This document shows, piece by piece, positions 31,317 through 40,789 of a stretch of 64,000 nt of DNA. This stretch comes from Deltaproteobacteria bacterium (lineage in GTDB: Bacteria; Desulfobacterota; Binatia; JACPRU01), in the NCBI GenBank assembly GCA_016189835.1, contig JACPRU010000040.1:1230-65229 (forward strand). Reading direction: 5' to 3'. A program made the translations under genes and the position numbers. Under the pieces are notes generated by a model, which made no database searches, had not been told where the DNA came from, and worked only from the letters and a program-made list of their open reading frames with translations. Positions within the stretch are counted from its first letter, which is position 1; each line of letters begins with the position of its first letter.

Positions 31317-31967
31317 TCACGGCTTCTGGATGTAGCGCTCGACGAAGAAGCATTCGTCGACGGAGCGCCGCATCGGTCGGCCGTACGTGCCGATCGGCCA
31401 GCCGATCGGCAGCATGGCGCAGCTCGGACAGTCCGGCGGCAAGCCGAGCCAGGCGTCGATCTCGGCGCCGAACCTGCGGTGCAGCGTGGTGAGCGAAGCG
31501 CCGAGGCCGACCGCGCGGCAGGCGAGCAAGACGTTCTGCACGGCGGGGAACAGCGCCTGGATCTGCGGTCTGCCCCGCCGAGTCCAGCCCGCGACGAACA
31601 GCAGCACCGGCGCCTCGTGCAGATGGTCCGCGAGGTGCAGGGCGGCGCGCAAGGTCCGGCGCTTCTCCTCCGGGTAGGAGGGCGACCGCGAGGCCTCGAG
31701 CGCGGGGGCGATGTAGGCGTGAAACCCCGGTCGATAGCGGTCGGCGACCCAGCGGCGCCGCTCGGCGTCGGTCACCGCGATGAACAACCACGGCTGGCGG
31801 TTTCCGCCGCTCGGCGCGAAGGTTCCGGCCTCGCACACCTTGCGGATCAGCTCGAGCGGCACGGGATCGGGGCGCAGCCGGCGGATCGCACGGGTGGTGC
31901 GGATGCCCTCGAGCAGAGGGACGTCCTCGCCGATCGTGGCGGCGTCGAGCGCTTTCACCTCACTCAT
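31317..31967 (-). CDS. Nitroreductase family protein
   Basis: RTTRAIRRLRPDPVP...APSGGNRQPW, typical of the nitroreductase fold. ATG 31967 is preferred over the upstream GTG 32009. Confidence 0.7.
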   Translation of the reverse strand: MSEVKALDAATIGEDVPLLEGIRTTRAIRRLRPDPVPLELIRKVCEAGTFAPSGGNRQPWLFIAVTDAERRRWVADRYRPGFHAYIAPALEASRSPSYPEEKRRTLRAALHLADHLHEAPVLLFVAGWTRRGRPQIQALFPAVQNVLLACRAVGLGASLTTLHRRFGAEIDAWLGLPPDCPSCAMLPIGWPIGTYGRPMRRSVDECFFVERYIQKP

Positions 31968-32018
31968 CGATGGACGTCGCTCCCGCTCCGCCTCCCGCGG
32001 TCGCTCCACGCCCCGCCC

Positions 32019-32318
32019 TCATCGGTACGGCCTGGCCCACGCCGGGATCGGGCGTGCGTGCGCGTGGTAGTGATCGGGGATCTGCCGCATGTGGTCGTCG
32101 AAGAACCAGCCGTCGGGATACTTGGCGTCGGCGATACGACCGAGCTCGCGCCGGAGGATCGCATGCTCCTCTTCGGTCGGCGCCCGGCGGTGCGCGCCGA
32201 GCACCGCCATCGGCACGTCGCAGGAATCGCACTCGATGATCACGAACGGGAACGGCTCGGTGAACTCCGCGTACCAACAGGTGGTGCGGGCCGGCCGGCA
32301 AAGCTCGCATCCCGCCAT
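32019..32318 (-). CDS. Small Cys/His-rich protein, possibly HIT-like
   Basis: 99 aa with an N-terminal CxxC (GCELCR) and a C-terminal DHYHAHA resembling a histidine-triad HxHxHx motif. Coding-like GC3. Confidence 0.35.
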   Translation of the reverse strand: MAGCELCRPARTTCWYAEFTEPFPFVIIECDSCDVPMAVLGAHRRAPTEEEHAILRRELGRIADAKYPDGWFFDDHMRQIPDHYHAHARPIPAWARPYR

Positions 32319-32343
32319 CAGCCCGCCCCCCCGCCGGGGACCT

Positions 32344-33495
32344 CTACTTGAGGATCTCCTTCGCGATGGTGTTGAGCTGCACGTTCGACGTGCCCTCGTA
32401 GATCTTGCCGATCTTCGAGTCGCGGAAGAACTTCTCGACCGGGAAGTCCTTGGTGAAGCCGTAGCCGCCGAAGATCTCGACCGCCAGCGAGGCCACGCGC
32501 TCGGCGACCTGCGAGCAGTGGTACTTGGCCATCGCCCCCTCCTTGAGGAACGGGAGGTTCGCCTCGCGCAGCCGGGCGGCGTTGTAGACCATCAGACGCG
32601 CCGACTCGACGTCGATCGCCATGCGCGCGAGATCGTGCTGTACGGCCTGGAACTCGGCGATCGGTTGCCCGAACTGCTTGCGTTCCTTGGCGTAGGCGAG
32701 TGCCGCCCGCCACGCGCCGGTCGCGAGGCCGACCATCTGCGCGCCGATGCCGATGCGCCCCTCGTTGAGCGTCTCGATCGCCACCTTGTAGCCCTGGCCG
32801 ATCTCGCCGAGCACGTTCTCGCGCGGCACGCGGCAGTCCTCGAGGATGAGCTCGCAGGTCGAGCTGGCGCGGATGCCGAGCTTGTTCTCCTTCTTGCCGA
32901 CCGTGAAGCCCGGGAACGAGCGCTCGACCAGGAACGTGGTGATGCCGCGGTAGCCCTTGGCGGGATCGACCGTTGCGTGCAGCACGAAGAGGCCGGCCTC
33001 GGCGCCGTTGGTGATCCACAGCTTGCGGCCGTTCAGCCGATAGTCGTCGCCGTCGAGCGTGGCGCGCGTGGTGAGCGCGAACGCGTCGCTGCCCGAAGCC
33101 GGCTCGGAGAGCGCGTAAGCGCCGACCGTGTCCTTGGCGAGCTTGGGAAAGTAGCGCCGCTTCTGCTCCTTCGTGGCCCAGCGCAGCAGCGCGTTGTTCA
33201 CCAGCGTGTTCTGCACGTCGACGAGCGCCGCCACCGAGGGGTCGACCTTGGACAGCTCCTCGATCGCCAGGATCGACATGAAGAACGAGGCGCCCGCGCC
33301 CCCCAGTTCCTGCGGGATCTCGATGCCCATCACACCGAGGTCGAAGACGCCGCCGACCAGCGCCGGATCGAGCTTCTGCTCCTCGTCCATCTTCTCGACG
33401 AGCGGTCGGACCCTCTCCTCCGCGAAGGCGCGGATCGTCTCTTGGAACTGCCGCTCCTCGTCGGTGAGCGTCGTCAGCGCGTGCGATTCGTTCAT
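32344..33495 (-). CDS. Acyl-CoA dehydrogenase (short/branched-chain type)
   Basis: 383 aa: GAYALSEPASGSDAFAL, WITNGAEAG, IFGGYGFTKDFPVEKFFRDSKIGKIYEGTSNVQ. Confidence 0.9.
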   Translation of the reverse strand: MNESHALTTLTDEERQFQETIRAFAEERVRPLVEKMDEEQKLDPALVGGVFDLGVMGIEIPQELGGAGASFFMSILAIEELSKVDPSVAALVDVQNTLVNNALLRWATKEQKRRYFPKLAKDTVGAYALSEPASGSDAFALTTRATLDGDDYRLNGRKLWITNGAEAGLFVLHATVDPAKGYRGITTFLVERSFPGFTVGKKENKLGIRASSTCELILEDCRVPRENVLGEIGQGYKVAIETLNEGRIGIGAQMVGLATGAWRAALAYAKERKQFGQPIAEFQAVQHDLARMAIDVESARLMVYNAARLREANLPFLKEGAMAKYHCSQVAERVASLAVEIFGGYGFTKDFPVEKFFRDSKIGKIYEGTSNVQLNTIAKEILK

Positions 33496-33662
33496 GGCTC
33501 GGGCTCCTCCCCGCGGGAATCGTGTCTAGTTACCCGATCGCGGGGCGGCGGAAAAGCCGCCGCCAAATGACTTCCGTCGGGCTTCGAGCTATGTGCGCGG
33601 AAAGGCCCGAGGGAAACCGGGGCGCAGCGACTTCGCGAACGGCCGCAAAGGAGGCGAAAACG

Positions 33663-34868
33663 ATGGGACCGCTCTCGGGAATCAAGGTCGTCGAGATGGG
33701 CGTGTTCGTGGCCGGGCCGGCGGCGGCGGCCGTCCTCGCCGACTGGGGCGCCGACGTGGTCAAGATCGAGAACCCGGCGGGTGGAGACCCGATCCGCGCG
33801 CTGGTGTCGCTCGGCCTGGCGGCGATCGAGCCCGAGGTCAACGTGCCGCTCGAGCTCGAGAACCGCAACAAGCGCGGCGTCGCCGTCGACGTGACCCGAC
33901 CCGAAGGCCGCGAGGTGGTGCTGCGCCTGCTGCGCGGTGCGGACGTCTTCCTGAGCAACCTGCGCGCCGGGGCCCTCGAGCGCGCGGGGCTCGCCTACGC
34001 GGACGTGAAGGCGGTCAACCCCCGCATCATCTACGCGACGCTCAGCGGGTACGGCACGCGCGGCCCCGACAAGGATCGCGCCGCATTCGACTACGCGGCG
34101 TTCTGGGCGCGCAGCGGCGCGATGGCTTCCCTCGGCGAGCCGGGCGGCACGCCGCCGACGCAGCGCCCGGCGATGGGGGACCATTCCGTCGGCCTGCAGC
34201 TGGCGGGCGCCGTGTCGGCGGCGCTCTTCCATCGCGAGAGGACCGGCGAGGGGCAGGCGATCCACCTGTCGCTCTTCCAGGCCGGTCTGTGGATGATGGC
34301 GAGCGACATCGAGATCGCGCTTGCCACCGGAAACGGCTACGTGCCGACGGGGCGAATCGTGCCGAACCCGCTGTGGAACCACTACCAGGCGAAGGACGGG
34401 CGCTGGTTCCATCTGGTGATGATCCAGGCGGATCGCTTCTGGGCGAGATTCTGCGAGGCGATCGGCGAGCCGGATCTCGGCAAGGACGAGCGCTACGACG
34501 GGGTCGTCCGGCGCGGCCGGCACGCGCGCGAGCTGATCGAGCGGCTCGACCGCATCTTCGCCACCCGCACGCGCGACGAATGGGCGGCGATCTTCGACCG
34601 CAACGAGTTCATCTGGGCGCCCGTGCAGACCGTGCTCGAAGCCTCGCGGGATCCGCAGGCGCTCGCGCTCGGCTTCTACGAGACGGTCCCGCACCGCAGC
34701 GGGCGCGACCTCCCCATCGTCAAGAGCCCGGTCGAGTTCGCGGCCACCCCGGCGGCGATCCGCCGCGGTGCGCCCGAGCTCGGCGAGCACACCGAGGAGG
34801 TGCTGCTCGAGCACGGCTACGGCTGGGACGACATCGCGCACCTGCGCGAGAAGGGAGTGTTCGGGTGA
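33663..34868 (+). CDS. Family III CoA-transferase (CaiB/BaiF-like)
   Basis: 401 aa from ATG 33663: GPLSGIKVVEMGVFVAGPAAAAVLADWGADVVKIE...NRNKRGVAVD, the typical CoA_transf_3 N-terminus. Confidence 0.85.
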   Translation: MGPLSGIKVVEMGVFVAGPAAAAVLADWGADVVKIENPAGGDPIRALVSLGLAAIEPEVNVPLELENRNKRGVAVDVTRPEGREVVLRLLRGADVFLSNLRAGALERAGLAYADVKAVNPRIIYATLSGYGTRGPDKDRAAFDYAAFWARSGAMASLGEPGGTPPTQRPAMGDHSVGLQLAGAVSAALFHRERTGEGQAIHLSLFQAGLWMMASDIEIALATGNGYVPTGRIVPNPLWNHYQAKDGRWFHLVMIQADRFWARFCEAIGEPDLGKDERYDGVVRRGRHARELIERLDRIFATRTRDEWAAIFDRNEFIWAPVQTVLEASRDPQALALGFYETVPHRSGRDLPIVKSPVEFAATPAAIRRGAPELGEHTEEVLLEHGYGWDDIAHLREKGVFG

Positions 34869-35812
34869 CGGAGGCGGCGCGGACGGCGCTGGTGTTCCCC
34901 GGGCAGGGTTCGCAGCGCGTCGGCATGGCGCAGGACTTCCATCGCCAGTTCGCCGTCGCGCGCGAGGCGTTCGCCGAAGCGTCGGACGCCTGCGGCGTCG
35001 ATCTCGCGGCGATCGCCTTCGGCGACGAGCAGCGGTTGAACCTGACGGAGTACACGCAGCCCTGCGTTCTCGCCGCCGAGATCGCCATGCTGCGCGCGCT
35101 GCGGCAGCAGCTCGGTCTCGAGGCGCGGTGGTTCGCCGGACACAGTCTCGGAGAATACGGCGCGCTGGTCGCCGCGGGGGTGCTCCAGCTCGGCGAAGCC
35201 GCGCGCCTCGTGCGCCGGCGCGGCGCGCTCATGCAGCAGGCGGTGCCGGCCGGCCAGGGCGCGATGCTCGCCGTGATCGCCCGCGGCCTCGACCTCGCCG
35301 AGCTGCGCGCGCAGCTCGCCGGCCTCGAGGTGGACGCCGCGAACCACAATTCCTCGTCGCAGATCGTCGTCAGCGGCTCGGCCGCCGACGTCGAGAAGGC
35401 GCGCCAGCGGCTGGCCGGCAAGGGCCGGCGCTTGATCCCGCTCAACGTCAGCGCTCCCTTCCACTCGCGCTTCATGCGCGAGGTGGAGCCCGCGTTCGCG
35501 GCCGCGCTCGCCGCCGCCGCGGTCGATCCCGTGGCCGCGCCGCGAGTGGCTTCGAACTACACGGGCGCGTTCCACGTCGCCGACGCCGGCGCGGTGCGCG
35601 AGGCGCTCGTGCGGCAGATCAGCGGTACGGTGCGCTGGGTCGACAACATGCGCGCGCTCGTCGAGCGGGCGAGCCGCATCCTCGAGATCGGCCCCGGAGC
35701 GCCGCTCGGCGGCTTCTTCCGGGACCTCGGGGTGACGGTCGAGGCCATCACGGATCTCGCCGCAGCCGAGCAGAAGCTGGCGTCGGCCGACCGACAGGAG
35801 AGGGGCACATGA
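34865..35812 (+). CDS. fabD: Malonyl-CoA:ACP transacylase-like acyltransferase
   Basis: GTG 34865 overlaps the CoA-transferase stop (GTGA). Motifs FPGQGSQRVGM, the active-site GHSLGEY, and VSAPFHS. Confidence 0.8.
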   Translation: MTEAARTALVFPGQGSQRVGMAQDFHRQFAVAREAFAEASDACGVDLAAIAFGDEQRLNLTEYTQPCVLAAEIAMLRALRQQLGLEARWFAGHSLGEYGALVAAGVLQLGEAARLVRRRGALMQQAVPAGQGAMLAVIARGLDLAELRAQLAGLEVDAANHNSSSQIVVSGSAADVEKARQRLAGKGRRLIPLNVSAPFHSRFMREVEPAFAAALAAAAVDPVAAPRVASNYTGAFHVADAGAVREALVRQISGTVRWVDNMRALVERASRILEIGPGAPLGGFFRDLGVTVEAITDLAAAEQKLASADRQERGT

Positions 35813-36534
35813 GCGAACGACCCGTGGCACTGGTCACCGGCGGCGCCGGCGGCATCGGCGCGGCGTGCTGCCGCGCGCTCGCCCGGGAGGGTCTGCGCGT
35901 CGGCGTCGGCTACCGCTCGAGCGCGCAGGCGGCGAAGGCGCTCGGCGAGGAGATCGACGGCTTCCTGGTGCCGGGCGACGTCGCCGTGGTGGAGGACGTC
36001 GAGAAGATGATCGCCACCGTCAAGGACGCGGCCGGCCGCCTCGACGTGCTCGTCAACAACGCCGCCGTCAACGTCAACGGCGCGTTCATGATGATGCCGC
36101 TCGAGGACATCGACAAGGTCCGCGCGGTGACGCGCGGAACGATGCTGCTCACCAAGCTGGCGATCCGCCGCTTCATGTTTCGCCAGCGGAGCGGGCGGAT
36201 CATCAACATCTCGAGCGTCGTCGGGCACCAGGGAAACGCCGGGCAGGTTCCCTACACGATGGAGAAGGCGGGGCTCGACGCGATGACCCGCTCGCTGGCG
36301 CTCGAGCTCACGGACCGCGGGATCCTGGTCAATTCCGTGGCCCCCGGCTTCATCGACACGGCGATGACCGCCGGGCTGCCGGACGACGTCAAGGAGACGA
36401 TCTTGCGGCAGATCCCGCTCGGCCGCATGGGACGGCCCGAAGAGGTCGCCGAGGTCGTGGCCTTCCTGGCGACCAAGGCCTCGTACGTCACCGGCACGGT
36501 CGTGCACGTGAACGGCGGGCTCTACCGGGGCTGA
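35809..36534 (+). CDS. fabG: 3-oxoacyl-ACP reductase-like SDR
   Basis: ATG 35809 overlaps the fabD stop (ATGA). Motifs TGGAGGIG, NNAA, and YxxxK (YTMEKAG). 241 aa. Confidence 0.8.
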   Translation: MSERPVALVTGGAGGIGAACCRALAREGLRVGVGYRSSAQAAKALGEEIDGFLVPGDVAVVEDVEKMIATVKDAAGRLDVLVNNAAVNVNGAFMMMPLEDIDKVRAVTRGTMLLTKLAIRRFMFRQRSGRIINISSVVGHQGNAGQVPYTMEKAGLDAMTRSLALELTDRGILVNSVAPGFIDTAMTAGLPDDVKETILRQIPLGRMGRPEEVAEVVAFLATKASYVTGTVVHVNGGLYRG

Positions 36535-37451
36535 GCGGGCGGCGGCCGGGAAGGGATCGGCTCGGCGGGCTCGTCCCGTTCGTAACGGGGCAGATCGTCG
36601 TCGATCCGCAGCCAGGGCAGCTGGCTCGACGTGAAGACATGCTCGTCGGGGACGAGCGCCTCCGGCCGGTCGAAGCTGCCGACCGTCACGTCGATCCGTT
36701 CCGGGCGCGCCGCTTCGCGAAAGGTGAGCGGCGTTCCGCACGCGCCGCAGAAGCCGCGGGTGGCCGCCGCCGACGAGCGGCGCTCGAGCGGGCCCCCGGA
36801 GGTGAGCTCGAACGCCGATCGATCGACGGTCGCCCAGGTGACGAACGGAGCGCCGCTCGCGCGGCGGCACATCGAGCAGTGGCAGTGACTGACCTCGCGC
36901 GGCGGCGACGTCACGCGGTACCGCACGCTGCCGCAAGCGCAGCCGCCGGCGAGCGGGGCAAAGGGCCCGGCCACCGTCTGCGGGCGCTCCGGCGCCGGCA
37001 GCCGGAGCGACCATCGCCGGCGGGAGAGGGCGCGAAAGCCCTCTCGCGCATAGAGCGTGCCGACGCGCTCGTGGCCCTTCTCGACCTCCAGGTCGAGCGC
37101 CCGGGCGCCGATCGATCGCGCCGCCCGGTAGGCCTCGCGGAGCAGGGCCCGCCCGATGCCGCGCCCGCGCCGCTCGGGCTTCACGTAGAGCTCGTCGAGC
37201 CAGGCGGCTCGCCCGCCGTGCTCGAGGGTCCAGAGAAACGACAGCGCGGCGAGGCCGACGACTCGCCGGTTCTCGACCGCGATCAGCAAGGCTCCGAGCT
37301 GCGGGCGCCGCAAAAGGCCTTCGACCGCCGCGCCGAGCTGCGGAGCGCTCAGCGTCACGCCGTGCTCGTCGAGCTGGATGCCGAGCAGATCGACCAGCGA
37401 GGAGAGGTCGGCGGCGGAGGCGGGGCGGATCTCGATGCCGGGTCGATCCAT
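36522..37451 (-). CDS. GNAT acetyltransferase fused to GFA/CENP-V-type zinc domain
   Basis: The N-terminal half is GNAT (LYVKPERRGRGIGRALL). The C-terminal half has CACGSVRY...CHCSMCRR...FCGACGTPL, the Cys pattern of glutathione-dependent formaldehyde-activating (GFA) domains. Start at ATG 37451 (MDRPGIEI). Confidence 0.7.
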   Translation of the reverse strand: MDRPGIEIRPASAADLSSLVDLLGIQLDEHGVTLSAPQLGAAVEGLLRRPQLGALLIAVENRRVVGLAALSFLWTLEHGGRAAWLDELYVKPERRGRGIGRALLREAYRAARSIGARALDLEVEKGHERVGTLYAREGFRALSRRRWSLRLPAPERPQTVAGPFAPLAGGCACGSVRYRVTSPPREVSHCHCSMCRRASGAPFVTWATVDRSAFELTSGGPLERRSSAAATRGFCGACGTPLTFREAARPERIDVTVGSFDRPEALVPDEHVFTSSQLPWLRIDDDLPRYERDEPAEPIPSRPPPAQPR

Positions 37452-37516
37452 GACGGCGTCCTGATATATGCCGTGCAATACATCAGGCTGAGAATCCGCG
37501 CGAGCCAGGGAAGGAG

Positions 37517-38686
37517 ATGGCGATGCGAAAAGAGCCCTTCACGATCTCGATCAGCGACGAGGCGCTCGCCGACTTGCGGCGACGCCTGGAGCGGACCCGC
37601 TGGGCGGAGGACTTCGCGAACGCGGACTGGGCCTACGGCACGAACGGCGAGTATCTGCGGTCGCTCGTCGAGTACTGGCGCGATCGCTTCGACTGGCGGG
37701 CGCAGGAGAAGGAGATGAACGCCTTCTCGCACTATCGCACGACGATCGAAGAGGTGCCGATCCACTTCATTCACGAGCGGGGGAAAGGTCCGCGTCCGAT
37801 GCCGCTGGTGCTCAGCCACGGGTGGCCCTGGACGTTCTGGGACCTCCGCAAGGTGATCCGCCCGCTCGCCGATCCGGCCGCTTTCGGCGGCGACCCGCGC
37901 GACGCCTTCGACGTCGTCGTGCCCTCGCTGCCGGGGTACGGCTTCTCCACGCCGCTGCGCAAGACCGGCTTCAACTTCTGGCGCACGGCCGACCTCTGGG
38001 TGAAGCTCATGCAGGACGTGCTCGGCTACGAGCGCTTCGCGGCCGAGGGCGGCGACTGGGGCGCGCTGGTCACGGCGCAGCTCGGCCACAAGTACGCCGA
38101 CCGGCTGTTCGGAGTCTACGTCCACCTGCTCGCGCCGCTCGACGTGTTCCTCGGCACGCTGCCCGACGCCGCGGCGTATGGGCCGGGGGAGGAGGGGCTG
38201 TTCGAGAAGAACGTGCACTTCTTCACCGCCGAGAGCGGCTACTCGGCGATCCAGGCGACCAAGCCGCAGACGCTCGCGTTCGCGCTCAACGACTCGCCGG
38301 TCGGCCTCTGCTCCTGGCTGGTCGAGAAGCGGCGCACCTGGAGCGACTGCGGCGGCGACGTCGAGAAGCGCTTCACGAAGGACGATCTGCTCACCACCGT
38401 CACGCTCTACTGGGCGACGCAGAGCTTCGGCACGTCCGCCCGTTACTACTACGAGTGCACGCACAATCCCTGGCGGCCGTCGCACCAGCGGAGGCCGGTG
38501 GTCGAGGCGCCGACCGGCGTCGGGGTCTTCCAGGACGTCGTCGTGCTGCCGAGGAGATGGGCCGAGCGGTACTACGACCTGAAGCGCTGGACGGTCATGC
38601 CGCGCGGCGGACACTTCGCCCCGATGGAGGAGCCGGACCTGCTCGTCGAGGACATCCGGGCGTTCTTCCGGACGCTGCGAGACTGA
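37517..38686 (+). CDS. Epoxide hydrolase (alpha/beta hydrolase with EHN N-terminal domain)
   Basis: FTISISDEALADLRRRLERTRW..., HGWPWTFWD, PSLPGYGFS. 389 aa. Confidence 0.8.
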   Translation: MAMRKEPFTISISDEALADLRRRLERTRWAEDFANADWAYGTNGEYLRSLVEYWRDRFDWRAQEKEMNAFSHYRTTIEEVPIHFIHERGKGPRPMPLVLSHGWPWTFWDLRKVIRPLADPAAFGGDPRDAFDVVVPSLPGYGFSTPLRKTGFNFWRTADLWVKLMQDVLGYERFAAEGGDWGALVTAQLGHKYADRLFGVYVHLLAPLDVFLGTLPDAAAYGPGEEGLFEKNVHFFTAESGYSAIQATKPQTLAFALNDSPVGLCSWLVEKRRTWSDCGGDVEKRFTKDDLLTTVTLYWATQSFGTSARYYYECTHNPWRPSHQRRPVVEAPTGVGVFQDVVVLPRRWAERYYDLKRWTVMPRGGHFAPMEEPDLLVEDIRAFFRTLRD

Positions 38687-38869
38687 ACGGGAACCGGCGC
38701 CGGACGTACGCGAAGGCCTGCAATCCGGGAAGCTCAGGCTTCCGCCGCCACTCCCGCGGTGGACAAATCGGTCCGCGCCAAGCGCCCAATTTGTCACCAA
38801 CCCGCGGCGGGTGCCCGATCCGGACCACGATCGATCTGTGGCTCCCGGTTCTAAGCGCCGGAAAGCGCG

Positions 38870-40552
38870 ATGGATGTCGAGGAGGCACGCCGCCGCCGGC
38901 GGCGTTGGAGCGGTTTATGCTGTCTCCGCCTTCTCGTGATCGTCATCACGCCCACCACCTGGGTGCTGCTGCTCGCCTGCGCCGCGCTCGTCGCCGTCAG
39001 CCTGCAGCTCCGCTACCGCGCCCGTCAGGAGCGGTCGCAGATGGCCCGCCACCTGCACGAGCGCGAGGAGCGGCTCGCCCTGGTGCTGGAAGCCGCCGAG
39101 ATGGGCTGGTGGGAGCACGACCTGCGCAGCGGCGCGATCGAGCGAGACCGGCGCCACGACCAGATCTACGGCTACGGGTCGGGTCTCGGCGAATTCACCA
39201 TCGAAGCCTTTCTCCGCCACGCCTTGCCCGCGGACCACGACCGGATCTCGGCGGCCATCTGCGCCGCCGCTGAGACCGGTCGGTTCTCGCTCGAATGGCG
39301 CATCCGCAGGAAGGACGGCGAGATCCGCTGGGTCGAGGGCCACGGCAAGCTCGAGCGCGACGGCGCCGGAGAGCCGGCGCGCTTTGTCGGCGCCATCCGG
39401 GACGTCACCTGCCGCAAGGTCATGGAGGAGGCGCTGCGCGAGAGCGAGGAACGCTTCCGCCAGCTCGCCTTCGCGGCGCCGGTGGGGATCTTCCGCACCG
39501 ACCTCTCGGGAGGGTGCGTCTACACCAATCCCCGCTGGCATCGGCTCGCCGGGCTTTCGTTCGAGCAAAGCCTCGGCGACGGATGGGCGTCGGCCGTTCA
39601 CCCCGAGGACCGCGAGCGAGTACTGACCGAGTGGCGGAACGCGACGCATCGCGGCCAGGAGTTCGACCTGGAGTTCCGCGTGCGAACGCCGGCGGGAGCG
39701 GTGCGTTGGATCCAGGCGCACGCCGGCGCGATCCGTTCCGAACGCGGGGAGCCGCTCGGCTACGTCGGGACCAACGACGACGTCACGGAAAAGAAGGCGA
39801 TCGAGCAGCTGCGGCGCGATGTCGTCAGCATGCTCTCTCACGACATCAAGAATCCGCTGATGGCGATCCGCGGCTACGCCGAGATACTGCGCGAGAACCT
39901 TCACGACTCGTGCGACGCCGAGGCCTCGATCGACGCCATCGAGAGCGCCGCCGAGCAGGCGATGAGCCTGGCGCTGAATTTCCTCGAAGCGGATCGCATC
40001 GAGAGCGGCCTTCTCGAGCTTCGCCGCGCGCGAGCCTCGTTGAACGAGATCGTGGAGAGAGTGATCGGGCAGCAGGCCGCGCGAGCGCGCTTCAAGGGCG
40101 TGCAGCTTCGCGCCGACGTCGACGCCGCCCTGCCGCCGTTCGAGCTCGATCGGTCGCTGATCGAGCGCGTGCTCGCCAACCTGTTGAGCAACGCGATCAA
40201 GTTTTCCCCGGCGGGCGGTGCCGTCGACGTCGCGACGCGCCGTGACGGAGATCGGGCGACGGTCTCGGTGCGAGACCACGGGCCCGGGATCGACGCCGAC
40301 AACGTGTCGAGGCTCTTCCAGCGCTACTCGCGAAGCGGGCGCAGCGACTCGACGGGGCTCGGTCTCTTCATCGTGCGCACGCTCGTCGAGGCCCACGGCG
40401 GCTCGGTCGGCGTGGAATCGGAGCGCGGCGCTGGAGCCGTGTTCGCGTTTTCCCTGCCGCTGGGCGCGGCTGCCGCGGGCGAGCCTTGCGAGCGCGCCGC
40501 GCCTCGAGCCTGGGCGCGCACCCGCGAACGGATCGCCGCCGCGCCGGTCTAG
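38870..40552 (+). CDS. Membrane-anchored PAS-domain sensor histidine kinase
   Basis: N-terminal TM, two PAS-like segments (GWWEHDL..., ESEERFRQLAFAAPVGIF...), an H-box SHDIKNPL, and N/G boxes (LSNAIKF, DHGPGI, GLGLFIV). No response regulator is adjacent. Confidence 0.85.
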   Translation: MDVEEARRRRRRWSGLCCLRLLVIVITPTTWVLLLACAALVAVSLQLRYRARQERSQMARHLHEREERLALVLEAAEMGWWEHDLRSGAIERDRRHDQIYGYGSGLGEFTIEAFLRHALPADHDRISAAICAAAETGRFSLEWRIRRKDGEIRWVEGHGKLERDGAGEPARFVGAIRDVTCRKVMEEALRESEERFRQLAFAAPVGIFRTDLSGGCVYTNPRWHRLAGLSFEQSLGDGWASAVHPEDRERVLTEWRNATHRGQEFDLEFRVRTPAGAVRWIQAHAGAIRSERGEPLGYVGTNDDVTEKKAIEQLRRDVVSMLSHDIKNPLMAIRGYAEILRENLHDSCDAEASIDAIESAAEQAMSLALNFLEADRIESGLLELRRARASLNEIVERVIGQQAARARFKGVQLRADVDAALPPFELDRSLIERVLANLLSNAIKFSPAGGAVDVATRRDGDRATVSVRDHGPGIDADNVSRLFQRYSRSGRSDSTGLGLFIVRTLVEAHGGSVGVESERGAGAVFAFSLPLGAAAAGEPCERAAPRAWARTRERIAAAPV

Positions 40553-40592
40553 TTCGGGGTCGGCGATCCCGTGGGCGGCGGCTCTGTGTCCG

Positions 40593-40729
40593 GCGTCCCG
40601 GGGCCGCGCGTGGCTCGCCGGCGCTGCGGACGCTTCCGCCGCGGAGGTCTTCGGCGCCTCGTAGGGACGGCGCCGCTGTGTCTCTGGCGCGTCCGATGCG
40701 CCTGCGAGCCACGCGCCACCCCGGGACGC
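40593..40729. repeat. Long imperfect inverted repeat (41-nt arms, 36/41 complementary, 55-nt spacer with inner 7-bp hairpin)
   Basis: The arms are 40593..40633 and 40689..40729. An inner CGGCGCC/GGCGCCG stem lies at 40652..40675. Intergenic, between the convergent kinase and ACAD genes. Confidence 0.7.
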
Positions 40730-40789
40730 TGCTGCGGCGGCCGTGGCCCGCGGCGCGCCGGCGCGTGCCGGTCCTGCGCCGGCGCGGCT

